DNA of 32,000 bases from the NCBI RefSeq assembly GCF_000020025.1, contig NC_010628.1:3270001-3302000 (forward strand). The letters run 5' to 3'. Below, piece by piece: positions 8,546-18,897 of this stretch. Position 1 is the stretch's first letter. Each line of letters begins with the position of its first letter. Source of the DNA: Nostoc punctiforme PCC 73102. Lineage in GTDB: Bacteria; Cyanobacteriota; Cyanobacteriia; Cyanobacteriales; Nostocaceae. Under the pieces are notes generated by a model. It did not search any database, had not been told where the DNA came from, and saw nothing but the letters and a program-made list of their open reading frames with translations. The translations under genes were made by a program, and so were the position numbers.

Positions 8546-9751
8546 TTATTCTTGCATTCCGGCATAGAGAAGCCGTGTAAACAATCTCGCTCCATCATCC
8601 CGTTTGAGTTGGGCGTAGGAAGGAGGTTCACGCCGACCCACCACCCGCAAATCTGTGAGTAATTCGGGATGGAATTGACAGGTAAAGGAGCGACGAATCA
8701 CCTTACTCTCAAAATCTTTGTAGTTAATGCAGGTGGCAGAACATTCTGTGAGTACTTCGCCCTCATGGGTTGTTGAACATAAAATTTCTACTGCAAAGGG
8801 AAGTTGCATTAGCCAAGATAAGGAACTTCCCGCCAAAATATAACGGTAAGGAATGATTGTGTTATGCAGTAGACGATATGCCCAATTAGCAAATAGCATA
8901 GCTTCTTCGTTGACTTCATCAGAGTGGAACATCGCAATATTCAGTTCATGTTCATACTCGATTGAGGTATCAATCACCCCTTCAAATTCATCGGCGGTGA
9001 CTTCATGTGCTGTGATTAACTGTTGTGGAATTCCAGAGGTTTCACTATCCGGTGATTGATAGTGAAGCAACTGGCGATCGCCTACTTCTTTAAATTCGTT
9101 TGGCCCAACTGTAAATTCCGAATCGTTCCAGTTTGAAGCAACTAGTTGGCCGTTCTTTTTCTTAACTTGGAGTGTCTCGCCAACACTCTGAATCTGCTGA
9201 CAAACATTCTGCAACGCGTGGAGTGCTTTGTTACCTCGATCGCGCTGTAACATTTTCATATCAAGCACTTGCCGTACTGCTCTTTGAATCAAGCTGATGT
9301 GCGCTTGTGCAGCGAGCTGATGCCCTAAACAAATAAAAATAGCTGGCGCACTAGTGGGCGATCGCGACAGTAACAACTTCTCTATAAACAAATGTAGGTC
9401 TTTTAAAGAAGCTTTACTGCCTGCAAATGTAGAAGCATCGCGTACAGAAGGATCGCCTCCTTCAACCACAACCGCTAACCCGGAGGAAATAATAGGAATA
9501 ACTAACTCTGGATCGAGGAGTCCAGACAGACGACCACAAAGGGAAACACAATTGAATCACAATCTGCAATTTTTTGAGCAATATAGGCAACATTAATGGA
9601 GGCACGGACGTGTTCGCCTAATAGGTTATAGCCGACGTGTTTCCAAGGTTCAATAATGGCGATCAGCCAAGAAGCATCCTAATAAAATATGGACTGATTC
9701 AAAATCAGAGTGGCTTTCGCTGAGATAACCGGATTGTGAGCGCCAGTTCAT
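8546..9751 (-). pseudogene. Class I glutamine amidotransferase-like gene disrupted by two frameshifts
   Basis: Track ORF 8546..9469 carries the nucleophile elbow ICLGHQ and the QFHPE His/Glu motif. The rest of the GATase fold continues upstream in other frames. An ATG at 9751 gives MNWRSQSGYLSESHSDFESVHILL... and stops at 9650. A second frame (open 9678 to 9502) reads DASWLIAIIEPWKHVGYNLLGEHVRASINVAYIAQKIADCDS. A third frame (open from 9556) reads FNCVSLCGRLSGLLDPELVIPIISSGLAVVVEGGDPS. The shifts therefore lie within 9650-9680 and 9502-9556. Confidence 0.7.
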
Positions 9752-10255
9752 AGTTTAATTGTGCAACCTGCTTAATTTAGCAAAATTTAATTAACATATC
9801 ATAATTTTTTATACCAGGAATTTATCATACGCCACAAGTAAGTAATAATGACAGAAATAGAGCCTAGAATTCAAGCTAAGTAAATCAACCGTCAGGAGAA
9901 AGGAAACTTTTGGATCGCTATGAATCGAATTTGAATGTGTTTAAGGTGAAATAATTTGCAGTGGGCATAATTAAACCTAACTATATTTTTCTCGTGTTTT
10001 ATGTTTAATAGCTTATGCCTCATACTTTCTGACATATCATGAGCAGTGATATTTATTTTTAACCATCTAATTAAATTTGTATTTTTAACTATAAAACTTA
10101 AATATCCATATTAACTTGATCGTGACTTGATATAAACTTTCAAAAACTATGTTTTTATATTTTGAGTGTAGTTTCTTAACAGTAATGCTTAATTTTTTAG
10201 ATTAAATAAGAGAACTTTCCGATAAAATAAACTACAAAGATCATCAGGGATATAT

Positions 10256-10930
10256 ATGCGTTTTTCTCAGTTTGCAGGGATTGTTGGTTGTACTACCGCA
10301 GCTTTTATGTCAATTGCACCCATGCAGGTAGATGCTGCAACTTTTAAAGTGATATCAGGAGTTACCAGCATCGATCGCGATCACGAAGATATTCTTAAAA
10401 GTATCGGGCTAACCTTGACAGGCAGCAATAATATAGTTGCACCAATTCCCAGCAATTATTTAGTTGGCTTTGACATTGATTCAGCTACTAACTTTACGTT
10501 TAGCGACGAGGGCGGCTTTACTCCGCTATCAGGGACAATCGAACATACTGGTACTGTTATCTTTAATAATCAAATTACTGTTGGTGACTTTTCAATTGGT
10601 TTTGCTCCAGGACGTACCGTTCAAGATGCTAGCGGAGTTGTTTTAAGAGACACATTTTCTTTAAATACAATTTTGTTTGATTTGAGTATTACAGAACCTG
10701 CGGCATTTGATGGTCAAAATTTAACCATCCCTGATGTTAAATTGCTGGTTTCTCCAGAGTTTGCAAAAATACTAGGGAACCCTGACTTGACAGGTTTATT
10801 TGCTGGAACTGCACGAATTGATGCTCAAGTTGCTGCCGTACCCGAACCTGATAGTGTGCTAGCAGTTTTGGCAGCAGGTGCGGCTCTCTTGGCAACTAAA
10901 TTTTATACTCGAAAAATTAAATACAGTTGA
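10256..10930 (+). CDS. PEP-CTERM sorting-domain secreted protein
   Basis: N-terminal signal peptide (AAFMSIAPMQVDAAT). The C-terminus [29 protein letters not shown] shows the VPEP motif, a hydrophobic helix and a basic tail. Confidence 0.8.
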   Translation: MRFSQFAGIVGCTTAAFMSIAPMQVDAATFKVISGVTSIDRDHEDILKSIGLTLTGSNNIVAPIPSNYLVGFDIDSATNFTFSDEGGFTPLSGTIEHTGTVIFNNQITVGDFSIGFAPGRTVQDASGVVLRDTFSLNTILFDLSITEPAAFDGQNLTIPDVKLLVSPEFAKILGNPDLTGLFAGTARIDAQVAAVPEPDSVLAVLAAGAALLATKFYTRKIKYS

Positions 10931-12458
10931 TATCTTGAAGCATTGCTAAATGCTTATTAACTGGTGCAAGGGTATTGGCAGCAATCAGCCCACTAGCGGC
11001 GACTGCTGGTAAACCAATACCGGGAAATGTTGAGTCGCCACAGCACATCAATCCTGGTAGGGGTGTGCTGGGGCTAGGAAACATACCACTTCCTGCCTGA
11101 ATTGCCGGGCCATAAGAACCTTGGTGACGACGGAGATAACGCTCGTGGGTTAACGGTGTACCAACAAGTGTGACTTCGCAACGAGAGCGAATATCTGGAA
11201 TTATCCGCTCTAAAGCTTGCCACATTACTTCTGCACGCGATCGCTTTTGTTCAGCGTATTCTTGACTCCTTCTATCCATTCCCTGCCAGAAAGAGTATGG
11301 CTCATTACCAGGTGTATACACATGAATCACGTGTTTACCTGCTGGCGCTAAAGATGGATCGAGAACTGAAGGGATAGAGATCACCACCACATTTTGAGGT
11401 GCTGTTACGCCCAATTCCCAGTTATTAACTACGATGTAATGACACCGCAAATTTGACTGTAATCCTTGAGCATCGATGCCTAAATGCAGGTGCATAAAGC
11501 TATCACACTCAGGTGTAGCTTGTCTTTTGCTGCGGTACTGTTTGGGTATTGCCTTTTCTGGTAATAATTTCAATGTGTCCCAAACTGAGGCATTAGAAAT
11601 TACTGCTAGTTTGGCGCGAATTTCGGAGCGATCGCGCAGACGCACACCCACCGCACGATTACCTTCTACAAGCACTTCTTCTACATGAGCGCCTAGCATC
11701 AGCTTCCCACCGTGACGCTCTAATCCTTGTACAAGGCTGTCAACTAAAGCACTACTACCACCAATGGGATATTCCAGGATTGCATCTGGGCGATACCAGT
11801 CAGCAAACATAAATGCTACTTCTGCGGCGCTAGTACCATCTGCGGGCAATCCAGAAAGGAGAAAACACAGCAAATTTAGCCAGTTTCGGGTAAAAGAGTC
11901 TTTAACAACCCCATCCATAATCCGGCTGAAGGGACCCGTCAGCTTAATTATATTCGCCACATTTTTTGTCAGAGATGGGACAAACGGGCCCACAGTTCTC
12001 GCTGCACCGAAATCAAAGCGTAATGCGGCTGGTGGTATGGAAGTTGCAGCCCTAGCAAATGGTTCCATAACGCGCTGGAGTTCTTGCCATTCAGCAACAG
12101 CATCATCACCACAGAATTTCATTAGCACTTCACAAAATTGCTCTGCACCAACCGCCGTGTCAAAATCACCTTCTGGTAGACAACAACCCCAAGTATCGTA
12201 GGTGACGCATGGCAATTCAGAACCAATTGCATCTAACACTTGTCGCAAAGGGTTAGCAGAGGGGCTGTAAGATAGTCCAGAATAGAGAGACGGGCCAGAG
12301 TCGAACTTGAAACCATTGCGCTCAAAACCATGAGCAGCGCCTCCAGCAATAGAGTGGCTTTCGCAGACTATCACATCAAAGCCATACCGTGCCAAAAGAG
12401 CAGCACAACTCAAACCGCCAATACCGCTACCAATAACAACTATATCTGTGTTTTGCAT
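10917..12458 (-). CDS. FAD-dependent oxidoreductase of the phytoene desaturase/carotenoid isomerase family (CrtD/CrtH-like)
   Basis: N-terminal dinucleotide fold [38 protein letters not shown], followed by [11 protein letters not shown]. The C-terminal [22 protein letters not shown] is typical of the CrtI superfamily. The 3' end overlaps the convergent PEP-CTERM gene by 14 nt. Confidence 0.85.
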   Translation of the reverse strand: MQNTDIVVIGSGIGGLSCAALLARYGFDVIVCESHSIAGGAAHGFERNGFKFDSGPSLYSGLSYSPSANPLRQVLDAIGSELPCVTYDTWGCCLPEGDFDTAVGAEQFCEVLMKFCGDDAVAEWQELQRVMEPFARAATSIPPAALRFDFGAARTVGPFVPSLTKNVANIIKLTGPFSRIMDGVVKDSFTRNWLNLLCFLLSGLPADGTSAAEVAFMFADWYRPDAILEYPIGGSSALVDSLVQGLERHGGKLMLGAHVEEVLVEGNRAVGVRLRDRSEIRAKLAVISNASVWDTLKLLPEKAIPKQYRSKRQATPECDSFMHLHLGIDAQGLQSNLRCHYIVVNNWELGVTAPQNVVVISIPSVLDPSLAPAGKHVIHVYTPGNEPYSFWQGMDRRSQEYAEQKRSRAEVMWQALERIIPDIRSRCEVTLVGTPLTHERYLRRHQGSYGPAIQAGSGMFPSPSTPLPGLMCCGDSTFPGIGLPAVAASGLIAANTLAPVNKHLAMLQDINCI

Positions 12459-12564
12459 ATCCCTGACGTTTGCAACAATAAATTAAAACAGTTGTAGAAA
12501 CTTGGATAATATCATTCGCTCCCCCATCCAGAAACCGCTCTAATTGGTTAATATCATCACTAAG

Positions 12565-12635
12565 GATGGAGAATAGAGAATGGGGAATGGGAAATGGGGA
12601 ATAATTATGCCCAATGACAAATGACAAATGACTAA
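12565..12635. repeat. Heptameric short tandem repeats (STRR-like)
   Basis: A run of gaatggg/gaaatgg-type heptamers (about 12571-12605) is followed by aatgaca aatgaca aatgact (12613-12633). Confidence 0.8.
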
Positions 12636-12655
12636 TTCTTATTGGAGAAAGGAAT

Positions 12656-13504
12656 TTGAAAAATCAGCAATTCGGAAATTGGCAAACCACAGTTTTAGGA
12701 ATTGTGTTAGCAACACTAGTGATTTTGGGGCTAAATTCCTTTATCATTATTAACCCAGGGGAAGCAGGAGTCATCAGCATCTTGGGTAAAGCTAGAGATG
12801 GGGCTTTATTGGAAGGGATTCATGTGAAACCGCCTTTTATCTCAGTGATAGATGTGTATGATTTGACTGTTCAAAAATTTGAAGTGCCAGCCGAGAGTTC
12901 TACAAAAGATTTGCAGAATTTATCTGCGAGATTTGCGATCAACTTTCGCCTCGATCCTATCAAGGTAGTTGAAGTTAGAAGGAAACAAGGAACATTAGCA
13001 AATATAGTATCGAAAATCATTGCACCTCAGACACAAGAAGCATTTAAAATTGCAGCCGCCAGAAGGACAGTAGAAGAAGCAATTACTAAAAGAAGTGAAT
13101 TAAAAGAAGACTTCGATCAAGCGTTAGGCGATCGCTTAGACAAATATGGGATAATTGTGTTAGACACTAGCGTAGTTGATTTAGCATTCTCACCAGAATT
13201 TGCCAGAGCAGTGGAAGAAAAACAAATTGCTGAACAACGGGCGCAAAGAGCCGTTTATGTAGCACGGGAAGCAGAACAAGAAGCACAAGCAGATGTGAAT
13301 CGTGCCAAAGGTAGGGCAGAAGCTCAAAGACTTTTAGCAGAGACACTCAAAGCCCAAGGAGGACAGTTAGTTTTACAAAAAGAAGCAATTGAAGCTTGGA
13401 AGAGCGGCGGCGCACAAATGCCCAAAGTCCTCGTTATGGGTGGCGACTCAAAAAGCGGTGTACCCTTCATATTCAACCTGGGAAATGTCCCAAATCAACC
13501 GTAA
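12656..13504 (+). CDS. SPFH/band-7 (prohibitin-like) membrane protein
   Basis: N-terminal TM helix ([16 protein letters not shown]), then an SPFH-like core ([14 protein letters not shown]...[27 protein letters not shown]). An Ala/Glu/Gln-rich coiled coil follows ([38 protein letters not shown]). The start is TTG. Confidence 0.85.
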   Translation: MKNQQFGNWQTTVLGIVLATLVILGLNSFIIINPGEAGVISILGKARDGALLEGIHVKPPFISVIDVYDLTVQKFEVPAESSTKDLQNLSARFAINFRLDPIKVVEVRRKQGTLANIVSKIIAPQTQEAFKIAAARRTVEEAITKRSELKEDFDQALGDRLDKYGIIVLDTSVVDLAFSPEFARAVEEKQIAEQRAQRAVYVAREAEQEAQADVNRAKGRAEAQRLLAETLKAQGGQLVLQKEAIEAWKSGGAQMPKVLVMGGDSKSGVPFIFNLGNVPNQP

Positions 13505-13750
13505 GGAGTTGGCATTAGATAACAAGCTCTCTATTATAGAATTTGCTCTGACTTTCAGACAAATTCTACAATACTTGGACGATTTGCAATCTAAAATCGT
13601 TCGATTGAGCGACTTGTGCCGAGCATCTCGACTTCGCTCGATGGAGCCAGAGCCGAGGTAAGCCGAAGTCTAAAATCCACAATAGTATAAGTTGGGCTAG
13701 TCCCAACTCAAACACAACAGAAAAACCAACAAGCTCATCAATCAAAGTTT

Positions 13751-14167
13751 ATGTCAACCTCCAATTCTCACAATCTCACCGCCGAAGAAGCGAAAAAATT
13801 ACTGAATAAATTTAACTGTTTAGACATCGCACCTATTCTCAAGCCATCAGAAAAAGAAGTAATTCGTGATGCCTTAATTTTGGTAACTAAACTTGCTGAT
13901 TATCAAATTTTAGGAATTTGTGCCGATACAGCAGAAGAAGGAATACTGGCTATGAAGACCTACTCTTTGGCTTTGGGTTATGAACCACCAAACAATTTAC
14001 TGACACCGGAAGGGCCAGTTTATATCAAATTAAACGGTAAAAATGGCTTGTGCTATCTTGATTCTTATGCTGGACATCATCGTGGAGTATTAGTATCTTG
14101 TCAGTCTTACCACGAAGACGGAATCAACGAAATGTATGGACATTTACCTTTGGATTTATTTGTATAG
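13751..14167 (+). CDS. Conserved cyanobacterial hypothetical protein (possibly DUF1824 family)
   Basis: Clean 138-aa ORF with coding-like composition. The family assignment comes from memory of the ...YGHLPLDLF C-terminus and GICADTAEEG region, and is not verified. Confidence 0.6.
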   Translation: MSTSNSHNLTAEEAKKLLNKFNCLDIAPILKPSEKEVIRDALILVTKLADYQILGICADTAEEGILAMKTYSLALGYEPPNNLLTPEGPVYIKLNGKNGLCYLDSYAGHHRGVLVSCQSYHEDGINEMYGHLPLDLFV

Positions 14168-14238
14168 AATTCGGCGAATGTAGGTAGGGTATGTGCTTTA
14201 CCTACTAACTAACGGTCAATGAAAAATTACTAGATTTT

Positions 14239-16167
14239 ATGAGTATTATTACACTCCAGTCGGTTAAAAAAGACTTTGGCATCAAAGAAGTTTTAAAAGA
14301 TGCCAGCTTTAGCCTTCATGCTACCGATAAAGTTGGCTTAATTGGTACTAACGGTTCGGGAAAATCAACCCTATTAAAAATGATTGCCGGGTTAGAATCC
14401 ATTGATAGCGGTCAAATTATAATTAACTCCGGTTCTAAAATCATCTACTTACCCCAGCAGCCAGATTTAGATGAAAATCACACAGTTTTAGAGCAAGTTT
14501 TTGCTGACAGTGGCGAACATACAGCTTTAGTGCGTGAGTATGAAGAACTATCAGATAAATTAGCTCACTATCCAGATGATAACCAACTGATGTCTCGCCT
14601 TTCTGCGGTGATGCAAAAGATGGATACAAATGATGCTTGGGAACTAGAAACTAATGCTAAAATCATCCTCACCAAATTAGGAATTTCTGACTTTGATGCC
14701 AAGATAGGCACTTTATCTGGAGGCTATCGCAAGCGCATTGCTTTAGCATCAGCATTGCTAGCAGAACCCGATGTTTTGCTCATGGATGAGCCAACAAACC
14801 ATTTGGATGCTCTTTCTGTAGAATGGTTACAAAGTTATTTAAATCGCTATCGCGGCGCACTTTTTCTCATCACCCACGATCGCTATTTTCTAGATCGCGT
14901 CACTAATCGGATCGTGGAAATCGACCGAGGCGACATTTACACTTATTCAGGTAACTACTCATATTACCTCGAAAAGAAAGCTTTAGCTGAAGAATCTGCC
15001 ATCAGTAGTCAACGGAAACATCAAGGCTTATTGCGACGCGAGTTAGAATGGCTCAAAAAAGGGCCAAAAGCTAGAAGTACTAAGCAAAAAGCTAGAATTG
15101 ACCGCGCTCATGCTCTGCGGGATACTGAATTTAAAGAAGTTCAGGGTAAAGTTGATATTTCTACAGTTGGTCGTCGCATTGGCAAAAAGGTTATTGAATT
15201 AAATAACATTTCTAAGGCATACAATGGACGCACCTTAATTAATAATTTCACCTACGAATTTAGTCCAGAAGACCGCATTGGCATCATCGGCGCTAACGGT
15301 GCTGGTAAATCCACTTTAATGGATATTATTACTGGTCAGATTCAGCCAGATTCAGGCGTTGCGGAAATTGGGACTACAATTCACATCGGTTATTTTGACC
15401 AGCATTCGGAAGAATTGCTCACAGCTTTAAACGAAAATCAGCGCGTGATTGACTACATCAAAGAAGAAGGAGAATTTATCAAAATTACCGATGGCACTCA
15501 GATTACTGCTTCGCAAATGTTGGAGCGATTTTTGTTTCCTGGTAATCAACAGTATGCCCCAATTAATAAACTTTCGGGTGGTGAAAAACGCCGTTTATTT
15601 CTATTGCGGGTTTTGATGAGTGCGCCCAATGTCTTGATTTTAGATGAACCGACAAACGATTTAGATGTTCAGACATTGGCAGTATTAGAAGATTATTTAG
15701 AGGATTTTGTCGGGTGTGTAATTGTAGTTTCTCACGATCGCTACTTTCTCGATCGCACCATCGACACAGTATTTTCCTTTGAAGAAGGCGGTAATCTGAG
15801 GCAATATCCAGGTAATTACTCGATTTATCTAGACTATAAGAAGGCTGAAGAAGCACAGCAACAAGCTGCGAACACTAAAGAGAAGCCTAAAAATGCCGAA
15901 GTTCAAAATGGTACGGCTTCACCCAAGGATGTAGAGAATACCAAGCGGCGTAGGTTATCCAATTGGGAAAAGAAAGAATTTGAGCAGTTGGAAGGTAAAA
16001 TTGCCGAGTTAGAGGCTGAGAAAGAAGAAACTGAGAAAACACTAGGGAATGTGTCACCGGGTAATTATAGCGAAGTTCAGAAACTATACGATCGTGTGGA
16101 AAAACTCAAGCACGCGATCGATGTGGCAACTGAACGGTGGTTAGAATTGGCGGAGATGGAGTCTTAA
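14239..16167 (+). CDS. ABC-F family ATPase (Uup-like, two ABC cassettes plus C-terminal coiled coil)
   Basis: Two Walker A motifs (GTNGSGKST, GANGAGKST), two signatures (LSGGYRKR, LSGGEKRR) and two Walker B motifs (LLMDEPTNHLD, LILDEPTNDLD). There is no TM domain, and the tail is charged (EKKEFEQLEGKIAELEAEKEE). Confidence 0.9.
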   Translation: MSIITLQSVKKDFGIKEVLKDASFSLHATDKVGLIGTNGSGKSTLLKMIAGLESIDSGQIIINSGSKIIYLPQQPDLDENHTVLEQVFADSGEHTALVREYEELSDKLAHYPDDNQLMSRLSAVMQKMDTNDAWELETNAKIILTKLGISDFDAKIGTLSGGYRKRIALASALLAEPDVLLMDEPTNHLDALSVEWLQSYLNRYRGALFLITHDRYFLDRVTNRIVEIDRGDIYTYSGNYSYYLEKKALAEESAISSQRKHQGLLRRELEWLKKGPKARSTKQKARIDRAHALRDTEFKEVQGKVDISTVGRRIGKKVIELNNISKAYNGRTLINNFTYEFSPEDRIGIIGANGAGKSTLMDIITGQIQPDSGVAEIGTTIHIGYFDQHSEELLTALNENQRVIDYIKEEGEFIKITDGTQITASQMLERFLFPGNQQYAPINKLSGGEKRRLFLLRVLMSAPNVLILDEPTNDLDVQTLAVLEDYLEDFVGCVIVVSHDRYFLDRTIDTVFSFEEGGNLRQYPGNYSIYLDYKKAEEAQQQAANTKEKPKNAEVQNGTASPKDVENTKRRRLSNWEKKEFEQLEGKIAELEAEKEETEKTLGNVSPGNYSEVQKLYDRVEKLKHAIDVATERWLELAEMES

Positions 16168-16193
16168 CGAGTATTTTACGTTTGGAAATATAC

Positions 16194-16214
16194 CGGGCGA
16201 TTAGAAATCGCCCG
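16194..16214. terminator. Hairpin between convergent genes (possible bidirectional terminator)
   Basis: cgggcgat (16194-16201) pairs with atcgcccg (16207-16214) in an 8-bp stem with a 5-nt loop. The flanking U-tracts are weak on both strands. Confidence 0.45.
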
Positions 16215-16227
16215 ATGCTTCTATTAA

Positions 16228-16700
16228 TCACTGATGCCTGCTCAGTAGGTTGCCGCCAATGATATTGTAAATTGGGTTGTAAAAATAACCAGCCATCGCA
16301 GATTTCAATGAACAGCTTTGCGGCTCAAATTAAAAGGCGCAATCAAATTTGTTTCGATTAGCTGACGCACTGCATTCAGTTCAAATTCAAATAACTGACG
16401 GCGATCGCGCATTCCCACATTATTAACAAGTATATCTAACCGCCCATATTTATCTTTAATTTCTATGAATGCTTTTTCCACGGCTGCTTTATCAGTAATA
16501 TCTAACTGTAATGGTGCAGCTTTTCCACCCAAAGAATTAACCGCCACAACTACCGATTTTAGTGTTTCTAAACTTTGTGCATTCACTAGCACAAACGCGC
16601 CAGCATTGGCTAGCGCCTTAACTGTTTCTAGCCCTAGTCCGCGATTTTTTCCAGTCACCAAGACAATTTTATTTTTCAATGAAAATGTAGTTTGTGTCAC
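16228..16700 (-). pseudogene. Short-chain dehydrogenase/reductase (SDR) remnant with internal deletion
   Basis: The 131-aa ORF (16305..16700) carries only the N-terminal Rossmann part (KIVLVTGKNRGLGLETVKALA...NNVGM) and stops before the catalytic Ser/Tyr-x3-Lys region. Immediately downstream, in another frame, ...AMAGYFYNPIYNIIGGNLLSRHQ* (ending 16228) resembles the SDR C-terminal ..TGq.i.vdGG.. tail. About 90-100 codons of the middle appear to be missing. Confidence 0.6.
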
Positions 16701-16749
16701 AGTTACTTTTACATTGAATTTTGGATTTTAAATAGTCCCCAGTCGCCGG

Positions 16750-17394
16750 CTATAGCAGTTGAGCAAGCTGCCGCATATCGTTAAAAACTATCTTAGCTCC
16801 TACCTCAGCCAGAGCAGTGCGATCGCTCTGATGGGCATAGCCAAAAACTGTCATTCCTGCCGCGTATGCTGCTTGTACACCTGGTACAGAGTCTTCAATT
16901 ACAGCACAATCTTCTGGATTAGTGTTCATTTGCTCGGCTGCATAGAGATACACATCAGGAAAAGGTTTGGGGCGTGAAACATCATTAGCACTATATAACT
17001 TGCCATCAAATTTATCCAGAAGCCCCGTTAATTTCAATACCATTTGAATATGGCGGTGGCTACTATTTGATGCCACACATTTGGGTAATGTAATTTGCTC
17101 CAATATTTCAGTAATTCCTGAAACTGGCTGTAATTCTTGCTGCAAGGGAGCAATTTCTCGTTCCTTGCAAAGTTCGACAAAGTTTTTGGGCAATGGTTTC
17201 TTGTAAGATGCTTCGATAATCTCTAAACAGGTTTTTAGAGACTTGCCGATAAATTTTTGAGTTACTTCTGCATGGGTGATAGGAAAACCAGCTTCCGTGA
17301 GCGTTTCTGCAAAAATACGATTGATGATTGGTTCACTATCAACCAAGACTCCATCACAATCAAAAATTACAAGCTTGAACCGATTTTTCCCCAT
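16750..17394 (-). CDS. HAD-superfamily hydrolase, subfamily IA (phosphatase/beta-phosphoglucomutase-like)
   Basis: Motif I VIFDCDGVLVDSE, motif II CVASNSS, and motif III/IV KPFPDVY...VIEDSVPGVQAAYAAGM. Confidence 0.85.
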   Translation of the reverse strand: MGKNRFKLVIFDCDGVLVDSEPIINRIFAETLTEAGFPITHAEVTQKFIGKSLKTCLEIIEASYKKPLPKNFVELCKEREIAPLQQELQPVSGITEILEQITLPKCVASNSSHRHIQMVLKLTGLLDKFDGKLYSANDVSRPKPFPDVYLYAAEQMNTNPEDCAVIEDSVPGVQAAYAAGMTVFGYAHQSDRTALAEVGAKIVFNDMRQLAQLL

Positions 17395-17840
17395 GTTTTC
17401 GCCTCAAATTTAGCATTTTACCATAGGAGTAATAACTAAATATTCTTAAATATTTATGAGCGATCACCAAGGAATTTCCTATCTCAGATATTGCACTTAG
17501 AAATAGTAATGTCAATTCTGTGACCAAGTGCTAGAGGTCTTATCAGACGTGACAAATCGCGTCTTTACATGAGGCTTTTTGGTTTAACTGAACGGTATTG
17601 TATCTAAACTAGCTTTTTCTATAAACATCTTTTCGATGCTTGCACTGCAAAATTTGCACGAGTTGACAAGCCCAAAGTCTTTAAGTTGTATTTCACGCTT
17701 GTGGGGTCAGCGCAGCAATTGGATTTATCTAAACTGCGATCGCACTTCCACAACACGCTACTATCTTTCATAAACTGCGTAGTTTACCACCACAGCCATC
17801 GCCTACAAAAGTTTTACCTACGACACTCCCAATAAATTGA

Positions 17841-18061
17841 AGCAGTTTCGCAACTTATGGGAGCAGCTTCGCAACTTACGGGAGCAGGTTCGCAACTTAT
17901 GGGAGCAGCTTCGCAACTTATGGGAGCAGGTTCGCAACTTACGGGAGCAGGTTCGCAACTTATGGGAGCAGCTTCGCAACTTATGGGAGCAGCTTCGCAA
18001 CTTATGGAAGCAGGTTCGCAACTTATGGGAGCAGCTTCGCAACTTATGGGAGCAATCTCCC
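17841..18061. repeat. Tandem array of a 21-bp unit, about 10.5 copies
   Basis: The unit is agcagNttcgcaacttaYggg. Ten full copies run head-to-tail from 17841 to 18050, plus a partial copy. Variation is essentially confined to position 6 (c/g, t in copy 1) and position 18 (t/c). The array is stop-free in 5 of 6 frames, which explains track ORFs 17818..18087(-), 17837..18073(+) and 17857..18099(+). Confidence 0.95.
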
Positions 18062-18375
18062 TTAAAGTTTTGATGAAACTTAGACAATTATCTCTATAAA
18101 TACCAACATTTAGTAATTAATACCAATTCTGTATGAAGATGCATAGAATATTAAACGAACCGCCAAGTCGCCATCGCGTAGCGTCTCGTTAGAGAAGAGG
18201 GCCAAGAATATAGAGTTACTCATTTAGTGCAGCTTCACGTTAAATTGGTATAAGTTACGAAAAATTACTGTTATCAATCAAAAACTTTAGTAAAAATATT
18301 TGCGACTTTTACTGAACCGGAACGTAGTTTAATTGAGGCAAGCTAGCTCTAGGAGCATCTTAAAGGAGTAATTTT

Positions 18376-18792
18376 ATGTCTCGAAAAAAACGCACATCCC
18401 GCATTTTAGAAAAAGCTCAGTTAAGATCCGCCGGACTGAAATCGATTGTTCCAAGCATCAAATTTGATGAAGATTATAGTCTAGAAAAATTAGTTGAGTC
18501 AATCGACCAGTTACGCAACAAAATTGATGTTTATAATACTGCTCTGTCTGTAGTTGACTCTTCTAAAACTGAAATTGAAGAGATGGAAAAAAACTTGAGT
18601 CAGCTTTCTGAGAAGATGCTGATGGTGGTTGCAATCAAATACGGCAAAGACAGCCGTGAATATGAGATGGCAGGTGGTGTTCGCTATAGCGATGCCTGCG
18701 GCGGGCTACGCCTACGCATCCGCAAAATCAGGTCGAGCCGCTTGAAAAATGTTGCAGAGCAAGCATCAGATGAAAATGCTAAAACTGCATAG
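18376..18792 (+). CDS. Hypothetical protein (coiled-coil-like, basic N-terminus)
   Basis: 138-aa ORF with a strong SD (AAAGGAG 7 nt upstream of the ATG). No recognisable catalytic motifs. Confidence 0.7.
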   Translation: MSRKKRTSRILEKAQLRSAGLKSIVPSIKFDEDYSLEKLVESIDQLRNKIDVYNTALSVVDSSKTEIEEMEKNLSQLSEKMLMVVAIKYGKDSREYEMAGGVRYSDACGGLRLRIRKIRSSRLKNVAEQASDENAKTA

Positions 18793-18897
18793 AGGGGCTT
18801 AAATCTGTTGTCTGACAAATTGGACGTTAGCACGCTAGCAAAATCAGCACATAATACATATAGTCAATAACAGGCTAGCGTCCACCAAAAGCTACTA

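Noticed and set aside
11476-12201. + strand ORFs 11476..11688 and 11764..12201
   Set aside because: They are antisense to the well-supported FAD-oxidoreductase CDS.
13389-13661. 90-aa ORF overlapping the prohibitin 3' end and running into the intergenic region
   Set aside because: Its downstream half translates a dispersed repeat (ctcgacttcgctcgatggagcc...). It is out of frame with the SPFH gene.
17395-17840. Possible gene or RNA in the 445-bp gap upstream of the 21-bp array
   Set aside because: I saw only short ORFs and one copy of a common hairpin repeat (cagacgtgacaaatcgcgtct). There is no promoter/terminator pair I could support.
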